From Vicinamibacteria bacterium (GTDB taxonomy: Bacteria > Acidobacteriota > Vicinamibacteria > Fen-336): a stretch of 64,000 bases of DNA. Made by a program: the position numbers and the translations under genes. The stretch is from assembly GCA_041481445.1 (NCBI GenBank), contig JBGPBV010000004.1, forward strand, positions 16,531 to 80,530, read 5' to 3'. The notes under the pieces are model-generated. The model made no database searches, had not been told where the DNA came from, and was given only the letters and a program-made list of their open reading frames with translations. Shown in pieces: positions 20,657 to 31,047 of this stretch (position 1 is its first letter; every line of letters starts with the position of its first letter).

Positions 20657-21196
20657 ATGAAGGACCTCCTCGACATCCTGCAGGCGATGGCCGCGAACAA
20701 GGGGCGGACGGACAACCCGCTCGAGCTGTTCCTCGACATGTCGGAGCGGGTGGTGAAGTACGTGGCGGGGGCCTTCGGGGCCAAGACGGACGAGGTGGCG
20801 ATCCTCTTCCTCACCTCCGACGCCCGCCACCTCCGCTTCGTGGCCCCACGGAAGTTCGCCGACCTCGGCACCATCCCCGTGACCAAGCGCGACTCGATCG
20901 CCGTGAACATCTTCGGCCGCAAGGTCGGCGAGGCCATGAACAACGTGCCCATGGTCAAGCACGTCGCGTTCTTCGAGAGCGTCAAGCTGCGCGACCGCGC
21001 CGTTCCCATCCAGAAGATGATCACGGTGCCGATCCTGCAAGGAGAGGACGCCATCGGCGTGGCCCAGATCAGCCGCAAGGGCGAGACGCCGGCGGAGGCG
21101 GGGCCCGATTTCACCGGCAGCGACGTCCGCAAGGCCCAGGAGATCTTCCAGGCCCTCGCGCAGTACCTGATGGCGGCCCGCCCGGAGAGGTTCTAG
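20657..21196 (+). CDS. GAF-domain protein (stand-alone)
   Basis: 179 aa. The layout ...EVAILFLTSDARHLRFVAP...VPMVKHVAFFES...ITVPILQGEDAIGVAQISRKG is typical of a GAF fold. Confidence 0.75.
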   Translation: MKDLLDILQAMAANKGRTDNPLELFLDMSERVVKYVAGAFGAKTDEVAILFLTSDARHLRFVAPRKFADLGTIPVTKRDSIAVNIFGRKVGEAMNNVPMVKHVAFFESVKLRDRAVPIQKMITVPILQGEDAIGVAQISRKGETPAEAGPDFTGSDVRKAQEIFQALAQYLMAARPERF

Positions 21197-21208
21197 GCCC
21201 GCTCGCCG

Positions 21209-23191
21209 CTATTCGCCGAGCCCTGACCGGATGTAGCCGGAGTCGTCGCCCACGAACGAGCGCGGCCCGATGGCGCTGGGCACGGCGATGATCTTGAACC
21301 CGTCCTCCTCGAGGGTCAGGTCGAACTTGTATCCCTTCCGGCGGAAGGAGCTCGGGCCGAACGGCACGTCCAGGCCGAAGCTGCTGGCGCGCGCCATCTC
21401 GGCCAGCGTGCCGTAGCGCCCGGTCGCCTTCTTGTAGACCTCCTCGCGGTCCATGACGTGCCGCAGGGTCGCCACCGCGGGCCGTTCGGCGGGTCCGGTG
21501 TCGCGCGGGCTGCGCTCGCGCTGGGTGAAGCGGCGGTTCGTGCCGTAGGTGCCGGTGGGCGAGCGCCATCCGTCGCGGTTGCGGTAGGTCTCGGCGGCGT
21601 GGTCGCCGGCGTCGCGGCCGTCCCCCGGCGGCGCCTCCTCGTCGAGGTACCGGTAGCGCGCGTCGGTGCCGTGGGCGGCCGGAGGCTCGGTGGTGCCGGC
21701 CTCGGGCGCGGTCGCCGTCTCGGTGGAGGAGGAACGCCCGGTCGAAGAGGGTCCCGGCCCGGTCGTCCGTCCGTTCGACGCCGTGGTCGTGCCCTTCGGC
21801 CCCACGGGAGCCACGTTGGAGCCGGTGTCCGCGGCGGGCACCGAGGCCGGCGGCGCGGGGAGCGTGGTCTCGGGGGGCTGGACCGCGATCGAGGTCGGGA
21901 CGGTGGTGGCGGTGGTGGATCCCACGGACGTCCCCGGCGGGCCGGTCAGGTTCCCCGCGTCCTTGGCCTGTCCCCGGTGGCTCCACACGTACCAGCCGGC
22001 GCCGGCGACGCCCACGAGCAGGACGAACGCGACGGCGGCGATCCCGATGAGCAGCCCCGCGTTCGAGCTCTTCGGAGCCGGCCTCGGGGGCGGGGCGATC
22101 CGCGTGGGCGCGGCCGCGGCGGGCGGCGGCGGGGACACGCGCGGTCGCGGAGGAGCGACGGTCGTGGGGGGAGCGGGCGAGGCGACGGTGGCCGGGGCTC
22201 GCTGCGCGGTGAGCGACGTGCCCTGCATGGTCGGCGAGGCGCTGATGGTGGGGGCGATCGGCGGCGCCCCCGCGGGCAGCTTCATCCCGGGCGCGGTCGC
22301 CACCTCGGCCTGGCGCAGCGTCGGCGTGGCCCCGGGGCGGGTCAGGGCCATCAGGTCCTCGACCATGTCGCGGCCGTTCTGGTAGCGCATCTCCGGCGTC
22401 TTGGCCAGGGCCTTGCCGATGATGCGGACCATCTCGTCGGGGATGGCGGGGTCGAACTCGCGGATCGAGGGCGGCTCCTCGGTGATGATCTTGAAGATCA
22501 GGCCGGTGATGGAGTCGCCGCGGAAGGCCTTCCTGCCCGCCAGCATCTCGTACAGGACGGCGCCCACCGCGAAGAGGTCGCTGCGCCCGTCGAGGGCGGC
22601 CCCTCGCGCCTGCTCCGGGCTCATGTACGACGGCGTCCCGAGCAGGCTCCCGGTCACGGTGAGGTGGTCCCCGGAGTCGGTCACCTTGGCGATGCCGAAG
22701 TCCGTCACCTTCACGCGGTCGCCCGCCTCCACCATGATGTTGGCGGGCTTGATGTCGCGGTGGACGACGTTGCTCTTGTGCGCGAAGTCGAGGGCGTCCG
22801 CGACCTGGGCGGCCAGGCTGGCCGCGCGCTCGAGGGGCAGGCGGCCGGCGGTGGCGATGATGCGGTCGAGGCCCACGCCGTCGATGAACTCCATGGCCAG
22901 GTAGCTGATCCCGCCGGTGTCCCCGACGTCGTAGATGGTGACGATGTTCGGGTGCTTGAGCTGCGCGGAGACCTGGGCCTCGCGCTTGAACCGGTCGATC
23001 AGCTCGTCGAGGCTGGCCCCGGCCGCGGCCAGGCCCTCCAGCCGGATGGTCTTGATGGCGACCATCCGGCCGAGGATCTTGTCCTTGGCCTTGTAGACGG
23101 TGCCGAACGCGCCCGCGCCCAGCTTCTTGACGACCTGGTAGCGCCCGGCGATCTCGCTGGGCTCGGAGGCGCCGGCTCTCTCTTCGCTCAC
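21209..23191 (-). CDS. Ser/Thr protein kinase with TM helix and extracytoplasmic C-terminal region
   Basis: GTG start. Motifs GAGAFGTVYKA, VAIK, HRDIKPANIMV, DFGIAK, YMSPEQ. Pro/Ala-rich linker. TM helix LLIGIAAVAFVLLVGVAGAGWYVW. Confidence 0.9.
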   Translation of the reverse strand: MSEERAGASEPSEIAGRYQVVKKLGAGAFGTVYKAKDKILGRMVAIKTIRLEGLAAAGASLDELIDRFKREAQVSAQLKHPNIVTIYDVGDTGGISYLAMEFIDGVGLDRIIATAGRLPLERAASLAAQVADALDFAHKSNVVHRDIKPANIMVEAGDRVKVTDFGIAKVTDSGDHLTVTGSLLGTPSYMSPEQARGAALDGRSDLFAVGAVLYEMLAGRKAFRGDSITGLIFKIITEEPPSIREFDPAIPDEMVRIIGKALAKTPEMRYQNGRDMVEDLMALTRPGATPTLRQAEVATAPGMKLPAGAPPIAPTISASPTMQGTSLTAQRAPATVASPAPPTTVAPPRPRVSPPPPAAAAPTRIAPPPRPAPKSSNAGLLIGIAAVAFVLLVGVAGAGWYVWSHRGQAKDAGNLTGPPGTSVGSTTATTVPTSIAVQPPETTLPAPPASVPAADTGSNVAPVGPKGTTTASNGRTTGPGPSSTGRSSSTETATAPEAGTTEPPAAHGTDARYRYLDEEAPPGDGRDAGDHAAETYRNRDGWRSPTGTYGTNRRFTQRERSPRDTGPAERPAVATLRHVMDREEVYKKATGRYGTLAEMARASSFGLDVPFGPSSFRRKGYKFDLTLEEDGFKIIAVPSAIGPRSFVGDDSGYIRSGLGE

Positions 23192-23203
23192 GACCGGGCT
23201 CCT

Positions 23204-23563
23204 CTAGCCGGGCGGCCAGCCCAGCTTGCGGCCGCCCACCAGGTGCAGGTGGATATGGTAGACGCTGTAGCCCGCGTCCTCGCCGGAGTTGAAGACCAGG
23301 CGGAACCCGCGACTGTCCAGCCCTTCCGCGCGGGCGAGGGCGGTGGCCCGTCGCACCAGGGCGCCCACCAGCGCGTCATCGCCCGCCTCGAGGTCGAGCA
23401 CGCTCGTGATATGGCGCCGGGGGATGACGAGGATGTGCACCGGCCCCTGGGGATTGATGTCGTGGAAGGCGAGGATCTGGTCATCCTGGTAGGCCATGCG
23501 AGCGGGAATGCGGCCGGCCACGATCTCGCAGAACAGGCACGACACGTTCTGCCGAGTGTACAC
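23204..23563 (-). CDS. HIT-family (histidine triad) protein
   Basis: Has CLFCEIVAGRIPA, the HxHxHxx motif HIHLHLVGG, and a 119-aa size. Confidence 0.9.
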   Translation of the reverse strand: MYTRQNVSCLFCEIVAGRIPARMAYQDDQILAFHDINPQGPVHILVIPRRHITSVLDLEAGDDALVGALVRRATALARAEGLDSRGFRLVFNSGEDAGYSVYHIHLHLVGGRKLGWPPG

Positions 23564-23623
23564 GAATTCGCGGCGGGCGCTTCCCGGCGGTCGGGCCCGG
23601 GCGTGCGCGCTCTCACTGGCCGG

Positions 23624-24055
23624 CTACCGCCGGCGCCCGACCTCCTCGTCGAGGGCGGCGAAGAACCGCTCGATCAGACGGGCGTCCTCGCCGAAGTCCC
23701 AGCCCAGGGTCCGGCCGTGGGCGCGCACGCTCACGCGCGTGCGCGCGCCCATCCGCTGGATGCGCACGGTCACGTCGTGCTCGGTGGGGAGGACGGCCCC
23801 GCGCGTGGAGGCCTGCACCTCGCTCCCGCCCGGGCCGCGGCCCGCGGCCACGAACCGCCAGCCGAGCCGGTCGAGGGCCGCCCTCACCGCGCGGCCGACC
23901 TCGGCCTCCGCCGCCGCGTAGTCGCGGGGGCGGAGATCGGGGTACTCCGGCGTACGCCCCGTCTCGACGGTGTCGAGACGGGGCCACCTCAGGACGGCCC
24001 AGGCGGCGGCGCCGAGCAGGGCGGCCACGAGAAGGATGCGCAGGCCCCGGTCCAC
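23624..24055 (-). CDS. DUF1499-like small membrane-anchored protein
   Basis: GTG start 3 nt after the mutY stop. N-terminal TM helix LRILLVAALLGAAAWAVL. ...DVTVRIQRMGARTRVSVRAHGRTLGWDFGEDARLIERF resembles DUF1499. Confidence 0.6.
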   Translation of the reverse strand: MDRGLRILLVAALLGAAAWAVLRWPRLDTVETGRTPEYPDLRPRDYAAAEAEVGRAVRAALDRLGWRFVAAGRGPGGSEVQASTRGAVLPTEHDVTVRIQRMGARTRVSVRAHGRTLGWDFGEDARLIERFFAALDEEVGRRR

Positions 24056-24057
24056 GC

Positions 24058-25164
24058 TCAGCCCCGCCCCAGGTCGAGCGGCCTCTGCGGCGAGCGCGCG
24101 CCCGCGATGACCTTGCGGGTCAGCGACGACATCGGCAGGGAGGCCAGCTCGTCGGGGCCGGCCCACACGAACCGCTCCGGATCCCGCGGCGGCTCGCGCC
24201 GGAGCCGGCCCGCGTAGGCCTCGACACGGATGCGCCGGAAGGTGATCGCGTGGCGCGCGCGGGCGAGGAGCGCGCCCGGCTCCACCTCCAGGCCGTGACG
24301 GGCCCGGATCTCGGCCACGAGGTCGGCCAGGCCGCGGCCCTCGAGCGAGGTCTGCGGGACCTCCCAGAAGCGTCCCATGAGCCGGCCCTCGCCGCGGCGG
24401 ACGAGGAGCACGCGGCCGCGCCGCTCCACGACCACCGCCGCCACCGTCACGTCTACGGGCGCGCGGCGGCGCCGGCTCTCCGGCAGCTCCTCCTGGATCC
24501 CGGCGGCCCGGGCCCGGCACGGCGCGCGCAGCGGACACGCGGGGCAGGCCGGCCGCCGCGGCGTGCAGACGGTCGCGCCGAGCTCCATGAGCGCCTGGTT
24601 CCAGTCCCCCGGCGACTCGCGGTCGAGCAGCTCCTCGGCCAGGTTGTAGTACGGCGCGTCGCGCGTCCACTCCCTCCCGCGCAGGGCGAGCACGCGCGCG
24701 AGCACGCGCCGTACGTTGCCGTCCACCACCGGAAGGGGCGTGCCGTAGGCGATCGAGAGCACCGCGCTCGCGGTGTAGAGGCCGACGCCGGGCACGGCCA
24801 GCGCCGCCTCCAGCGTGCGCGGGAAGACGCCGTCGTGGCGCGCGACGACGTGGCGCGCCCCGCGGTGGAGGTTCCGCGCGCGGTGGTAGTAGCCGAGGCC
24901 GGACCAGCGGGCCAGGACGTCCTCCTCCCGCGCGCCCGCCAGCGCGCGCACGTCCGGGAACTGGGCGAGGAAGGCCTCGTAGTAGGGCCCCACGGCCTTG
25001 ACCGTGGTCTGCTGGAGCATGACCTCCGAGACCCAGATGGGGTAGGGGTCGCGGGTCCGCCGCCAGGGCAGGTCGCGGCGGTGGCGCCGGTACCAGGTCA
25101 GGAGCGGGGGACGCAGGGCATCCGGGGCGGTCACGTGCGGCCGTAGTCTAGCGCGACCGCTCAA
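24058..25164 (-). CDS. mutY: A/G-specific adenine DNA glycosylase
   Basis: Has WYRRHRRDLPWRRTRDPYPIWVSEVMLQQT, a HhH-GPD region, the Fe-S cluster loop CTPRRPACPACPLRAPC, and a NUDIX-like C-terminal domain. Start is TTG 25164 or GTG ~25134. Confidence 0.9.
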   Translation of the reverse strand: MSGRARLRPHVTAPDALRPPLLTWYRRHRRDLPWRRTRDPYPIWVSEVMLQQTTVKAVGPYYEAFLAQFPDVRALAGAREEDVLARWSGLGYYHRARNLHRGARHVVARHDGVFPRTLEAALAVPGVGLYTASAVLSIAYGTPLPVVDGNVRRVLARVLALRGREWTRDAPYYNLAEELLDRESPGDWNQALMELGATVCTPRRPACPACPLRAPCRARAAGIQEELPESRRRRAPVDVTVAAVVVERRGRVLLVRRGEGRLMGRFWEVPQTSLEGRGLADLVAEIRARHGLEVEPGALLARARHAITFRRIRVEAYAGRLRREPPRDPERFVWAGPDELASLPMSSLTRKVIAGARSPQRPLDLGRG

Positions 25165-25185
25165 GGCGCTGGAGCTGGGCTGGAT

Positions 25186-26487
<1,302 letters not shown>

Positions 26488-26500
26488 TGAATCCAGTGTA

Positions 26501-26548
26501 CCCAAACAAAAAGCCCCTGGGGCGTGCCGCGGGGCACGTCCCAGGGGC
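26501..26548 (-). terminator. intrinsic terminator downstream of the subtilase gene
   Basis: 16-bp stem (26513-26528 / 26533-26548, one G-U pair), 4-nt loop. On the minus strand it is followed by TTTTTGTTTGGG. Confidence 0.7.
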
Positions 26549-26574
26549 GATGCGACGACGGCCAGGTCAGCCGT

Positions 26575-29500
26575 TCACGGGCCGACCGGGTTGAGGCGGC
26601 GCGACTCGTACGCGTCGAAGTAGATGATCCCGCTCGCGCCGGCCTTGAGGCTGAGGACGCCCATGCGGGCGAGGTCGACCCCGCCCGCGTTGTTGTTCAG
26701 GTTGCTCAGCGTTCCCGCGGGCGCGCCGTCGATCCACAGCGAGAGCGATCCGTCCGCGGCCACCGGGCTGGTGGACTGCGTCCAGTCGAACTCGACGTAG
26801 TGCGAGGCGGCCGTGATCGTCGTGAACGGGGTGTCCACGGTGGTGTCGTCGTCGAGACGCACGCGCGCCATCAGGCTGTACTGCCCGTCCTGGAACTTCA
26901 GCACGATCGCCACCAGTCGCCGCGACGGGCTCGCCTGGAGGGCCAGGAAGATGCGGGTACGGAAGTGGCCGCCGGCGACGCCGGGGTCGAAGGTGTGGGG
27001 GTCGAGGTAGAAGCGCGCCCGGAAGCGGCTCTCGGCGCTCGGATGGTCGTCCTCGACGAACAGGCTGTTCGTGTCGTTCACGAACGCCTGCAGGCCGAAG
27101 CTGCCGACGAGGGCGGCGGCGCCGGTGACGCTGAGGTCACCGCCGTCGGTGGACGAGGCCGACCAACCGGACAGGTTGTTCGACTCGAAGCCGTCACGCC
27201 AGATCAGGTCGCCGGCGTTGATCGCGAAGGTCTGGGGGACGTCCGGCGCCGCGTTGAAGTTCCCGTTGCCGGCCTGGTGGGCGGTGATCGTGCAGGAGCC
27301 GACGTCGGTGAGGTGGACGGTGGCGCCGTCCGACGTCACCGTGCAGTTGCCGGTCGAGGTGAAGGTCACGGCCAGGCCGGAGGTCGCGGTGGCGCTGACG
27401 CTGAAGTCGGGATCGCCGAACGTCTTGTCGGCCAGCGCGCCAAAGGTGATCGTCTGGTCGGCCTTGACGATGTTGAACGACTGCGGCACGTCCGGGGCCG
27501 GGTTGTAGGTGGCGTTGCCGGCCTGGTGGGCGGTGATCGTGCAAGTGCCGACGGCCGTGATGTGGACGATGGTGCCGCTGGCGTTGACCGTGCACTGCCC
27601 GCTGGCGGTGAAGGTGACGGCCAGGCCGGAGGACGAGGACGCGCTGACGCCGAAGTCCGGGTCGACGGCGGTCTTGTTGGCGAGCGCTCCGAAGGTGATC
27701 GTCTGGTCGGCCTTGGTCACCGAGCCGTCCACGCAGCTCTCGGACTCGCCGAAGATCGACGAGCTGAACATCTCCGCGCAGTTGCGCCAGGTCCCGACCT
27801 GGGCGGCGGTGGCGTTGATGGTGATGGTCTTGATCTCGCCGGGAGTGCCGGGGACGCTGGTGACCTCGATCTCGGTCGCCGAGGTGGGCTGGGTGCCCGT
27901 GCCGTTGTAGTAGTAGTTCTGGCCGCTGTTGCCGAAGGAGTTCTCCGCGCCCACGGTCGCGAGGTTGCCTTCGCCCTGCGTCACGCCGTCGGGGCCATAG
28001 GCGAAGGTGATGTCCTGCCCGGGATTCGTGTTCGTGTTGCGGCCGATCCAGACCTCGAAGGTGTTCTGATTGGGCCCGCCGCTGAAGTTAGGCACGTGGT
28101 CGAAGTCCACCACGATCCAGCTGTCGGGGCCGGCGGTGAGCACGCCGGCGCGGACGCCGCCGCCCGCGGGCAGCTTGGCCGGGCTCGCATCCAGGTCGCT
28201 CCAGAACGGGGCGAGGACGTTGTTGGGACGGGTGGGGTTGGGCAGGTTCTGGTTGAGGAACTGGATGTCCGCGCTCGTGCCTCCGCCCACCACGATGTAG
28301 CCGTCGCTGACCACGCCGATCCGGGTGTAGGTCTGTCCGGCGAAGACGAAGGCCGGAACGTTGAAGTTCGTGAGCGTGTCGTCGCCCATGGGGGTGACGG
28401 AAATGCCGAACCCGCTCAGGGGGACGTACCCGAAAGGCGTGGAGCCGTCCTGCACCCCCACCACGGGAGCGGTCGCCCCGTGCACGGTGTCCTGGAAGAA
28501 CACGAGGTTACCGTCCTGGCTGGCCCCCGTCACGCCGGTGACGGTGAGCTGGCTGGGCACGGCGTCGAATACGGACGGGGTGTCGTCCGCGAAGTTGTTG
28601 TTCTGGAACTGGATCGTGCAGGTCGTGGTGGCATTCCAGGGCAGCGTCGAGGGCGTGCAGCTCTTGGTGAGGCTGAGGCCGGCCTGCTTGCGGACTATCG
28701 TGATCGGGAAGTTGAGCTCGCTCTGGCCGCCGCCCGCGTCCGGGCTCGTGAAGTGCAGGGAGGCAAGGCGGGTCTGGCCGATCGGCACCGCGGAGGCATC
28801 CACCGTGATGGTGATGGTCTGCGACAGGCCGGCGCCGAGCGTCACCGCGTGGGGAGTGGTGATGATGACGTCCGACGGCGACAGCGGGGTGATGTACCAG
28901 ACGCGGCTCGCGCTGTCGACGCTCTTGAGCGTCCGCTGCACGTCCACGCGCCCGGCCATGACCGGCACGTACAGGCTCGGGTAGTTCGAGGTGGAAAGGT
29001 TGCCGGACAGGCTCACGTAGTTCGCGCCGGTGTCGCTGATGGTCAGCCCGGGGTCGCCGGCCACGGTGAGGTCGATGCGGCCGGAGCCGACGTCGAACGG
29101 AGTGGCGGGCGTGACCCTGTCCTCCTTGACCGTGTGCGCGTTGGTGGCCGTCATCATCAGGGCGGACTTGATCTGGCCCGGCGTCCAGGTCGGGTGGAGC
29201 TGGTGCAGCAGGGCGCCGGCGCCGGCGACGTGCGGGGTGGCCATCGAGGTGCCGCTGATGATCTGGAAGAACTGGCCCTGCGGCAGGGTGGGCTCGGCCA
29301 GCACGGGCGAGTTGGCGGCCAGGATGTTGACCCCCGGCGCGCCCACGTCCGGTTTGCTGATGCCCAGCACCTGGTTGGGGCCGCCGCGCGAGCTGAAGGA
29401 CGCGGTGACGTCGCCCTGCCCGCCGAAGTCGGTGGCGCCGCCGGTGATCGTGCCCATGGCGTCGGCGTTGGCGTTGAGGTAGGCCACGAGCGACGTGCCC

Positions 29501-31047
29501 TGGGCGGAGTTGATGTGGAGCGTGGGGACGGCGTGGATGTCGGCGTCGAGGTCGGTGGCCCCGGCCGGAACGTTGTACAGGATCATGCCCACGGCGCCGC
29601 CCGCGAACACGTTGGCGCTCTTGGCCACGCGGGCGTTGGTGCCGCGCTTGCAGGCCACGATCTTGCCGGTGAGGGTGCCGGCGCCGGCCGGGTTCAGGCA
29701 GAGGTCATCCGCGTAACCGGCCGCCGTCGCCGAGAGCACGACCGGCGCGGGCGTGGTGATGTCGGTGCCGGAGGAGGAGATCCCGGTCAGGCTGAGAGGA
29801 CCGGCGGCCGCGGTGAGCGCGGCCGAGCCCCGGAACCCCTTGTCGTCGGTGCTGGCGGCGGCGGTGGTGACCCAGGGCTCGCGGTGCTCGACGGTGTCGG
29901 CGCCGGGGCCGGAGTTGCCGCCCGCCGCGGCCACGAACACGCCTGCGTTGTAGGCGTCGAGGAAGGCGAGCGACCCCGCGTCCGAGTACGGGTTGGAGCC
30001 GCCGCCGATCGAGAAGCTCATCACGTTCACGCCGTCGAGGATGCCCTGCTCGATGGCGGCCGCCGAGTCCGAGGTGTAGCAGGAGCCGCCGCCGGTGCCG
30101 TCCGCCACCGTGAAGCAGACCTTGTAGATCGAGAGGTGGGCGCGGGGCGCGATCCCGGAGACGACGGCGCCGGTGGACGCGGTCACGCCCGCGTTGCCGG
30201 CGGCGGTGGTGGCGGTGTGCGAGCCGTGGCCGTTGTTGTCACGGGCGGAGATGAACTCGTTGGGGAGAGGAGTGCCCGGGCCGCCGCCGAAGGCGTCGAA
30301 GGTCGCCATGAAGCGGGCGGCGCCGATCAGCTTGTTGTTGCAGGCGAACACGGGGTCGTTGACATTGGCGGAGCCGAACTGGCAGGTGACGCCGTGCCAC
30401 GTCGCGGGCGGCGCGGGATAGCTGCCGTCGTCGGCCACGGAGGGATGCTCCGGCCAGATCCCGGTGTCGATCATGCCCACGATCACGCCCTCGCCCGCGT
30501 GGCCCTGTCCGCCCACTTCGCCCCAGAGCGTCGGGGCGCCGATGAACTCCGGGCTGCGGTTGGTGTCGAGGTGCAACAGCTCGTCCGGGTAGACCGCCTT
30601 CACCCCCGGCATCGAGGAGAGGTCCTTGAGCCGGTTGGCGGGCAGGAGCACGGACTCGCCGCCGATGACCCAGCGGAAGCGATGCACGACCCGCGCGCCG
30701 GGCACGGTCGCGCGGAGGGCGCTCTCGAAGGCGCTCTCCTTCTGGGCGAGGAAGCTCTCGTAGGCGCGGGCGGCCGGCGAATCCACGGCCAGCCGGCTCG
30801 CGCCGGTCGCCTCCGGGCTCGTCGCGGCCAGGCCGGCGAGGCCGCCCTTGTAGGACGCCACGGAGGGTACGTCGAACTTGACGATCACGCTGACCATGCC
30901 GTTGGCCGACTTGGGCACCGACGAGGTGTCGGTGGCCTCCATCGGCGTGGCCTGGAACCGCGGGGCGTCCTGCGTGAGCGCGCTGGACGCGGTGATCAAG
31001 GCCAGGCCGAAGGCCAGGCCCGTACACAGGACGGCTCGCCTCAACAT
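26575..31047 (-). CDS. giant secreted subtilisin-family (S8) serine protease with PA domain, Ig-like repeats and novel C-terminal domain
   Basis: Start at MLRRAVLCTGLAFGLALITASSALTQ (signal peptide). I9-like propeptide. Catalytic triad motifs VGMIDTGI, HGSHTATTAAG, SGTSMATPHVAG. PA-type insert (GKIVACKRGTNARV). 1490 aa. Confidence 0.9.
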   Translation of the reverse strand: MLRRAVLCTGLAFGLALITASSALTQDAPRFQATPMEATDTSSVPKSANGMVSVIVKFDVPSVASYKGGLAGLAATSPEATGASRLAVDSPAARAYESFLAQKESAFESALRATVPGARVVHRFRWVIGGESVLLPANRLKDLSSMPGVKAVYPDELLHLDTNRSPEFIGAPTLWGEVGGQGHAGEGVIVGMIDTGIWPEHPSVADDGSYPAPPATWHGVTCQFGSANVNDPVFACNNKLIGAARFMATFDAFGGGPGTPLPNEFISARDNNGHGSHTATTAAGNAGVTASTGAVVSGIAPRAHLSIYKVCFTVADGTGGGSCYTSDSAAAIEQGILDGVNVMSFSIGGGSNPYSDAGSLAFLDAYNAGVFVAAAGGNSGPGADTVEHREPWVTTAAASTDDKGFRGSAALTAAAGPLSLTGISSSGTDITTPAPVVLSATAAGYADDLCLNPAGAGTLTGKIVACKRGTNARVAKSANVFAGGAVGMILYNVPAGATDLDADIHAVPTLHINSAQGTSLVAYLNANADAMGTITGGATDFGGQGDVTASFSSRGGPNQVLGISKPDVGAPGVNILAANSPVLAEPTLPQGQFFQIISGTSMATPHVAGAGALLHQLHPTWTPGQIKSALMMTATNAHTVKEDRVTPATPFDVGSGRIDLTVAGDPGLTISDTGANYVSLSGNLSTSNYPSLYVPVMAGRVDVQRTLKSVDSASRVWYITPLSPSDVIITTPHAVTLGAGLSQTITITVDASAVPIGQTRLASLHFTSPDAGGGQSELNFPITIVRKQAGLSLTKSCTPSTLPWNATTTCTIQFQNNNFADDTPSVFDAVPSQLTVTGVTGASQDGNLVFFQDTVHGATAPVVGVQDGSTPFGYVPLSGFGISVTPMGDDTLTNFNVPAFVFAGQTYTRIGVVSDGYIVVGGGTSADIQFLNQNLPNPTRPNNVLAPFWSDLDASPAKLPAGGGVRAGVLTAGPDSWIVVDFDHVPNFSGGPNQNTFEVWIGRNTNTNPGQDITFAYGPDGVTQGEGNLATVGAENSFGNSGQNYYYNGTGTQPTSATEIEVTSVPGTPGEIKTITINATAAQVGTWRNCAEMFSSSIFGESESCVDGSVTKADQTITFGALANKTAVDPDFGVSASSSSGLAVTFTASGQCTVNASGTIVHITAVGTCTITAHQAGNATYNPAPDVPQSFNIVKADQTITFGALADKTFGDPDFSVSATATSGLAVTFTSTGNCTVTSDGATVHLTDVGSCTITAHQAGNGNFNAAPDVPQTFAINAGDLIWRDGFESNNLSGWSASSTDGGDLSVTGAAALVGSFGLQAFVNDTNSLFVEDDHPSAESRFRARFYLDPHTFDPGVAGGHFRTRIFLALQASPSRRLVAIVLKFQDGQYSLMARVRLDDDTTVDTPFTTITAASHYVEFDWTQSTSPVAADGSLSLWIDGAPAGTLSNLNNNAGGVDLARMGVLSLKAGASGIIYFDAYESRRLNPVGP
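27217..27714 (-). repeat. tandem 2 x 249-bp (83-aa) intragenic duplication inside the subtilase gene
   Basis: The repeats KADQTITFGALANKT...TITAHQAGNATYNPAPDVPQSFNIV and KADQTITFGALADKT...TITAHQAGNGNFNAAPDVPQTFAIN are adjacent. They share identical nucleotide runs (e.g. gttgccggcctggtgggcggtgatcgtgca). Confidence 0.85.
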
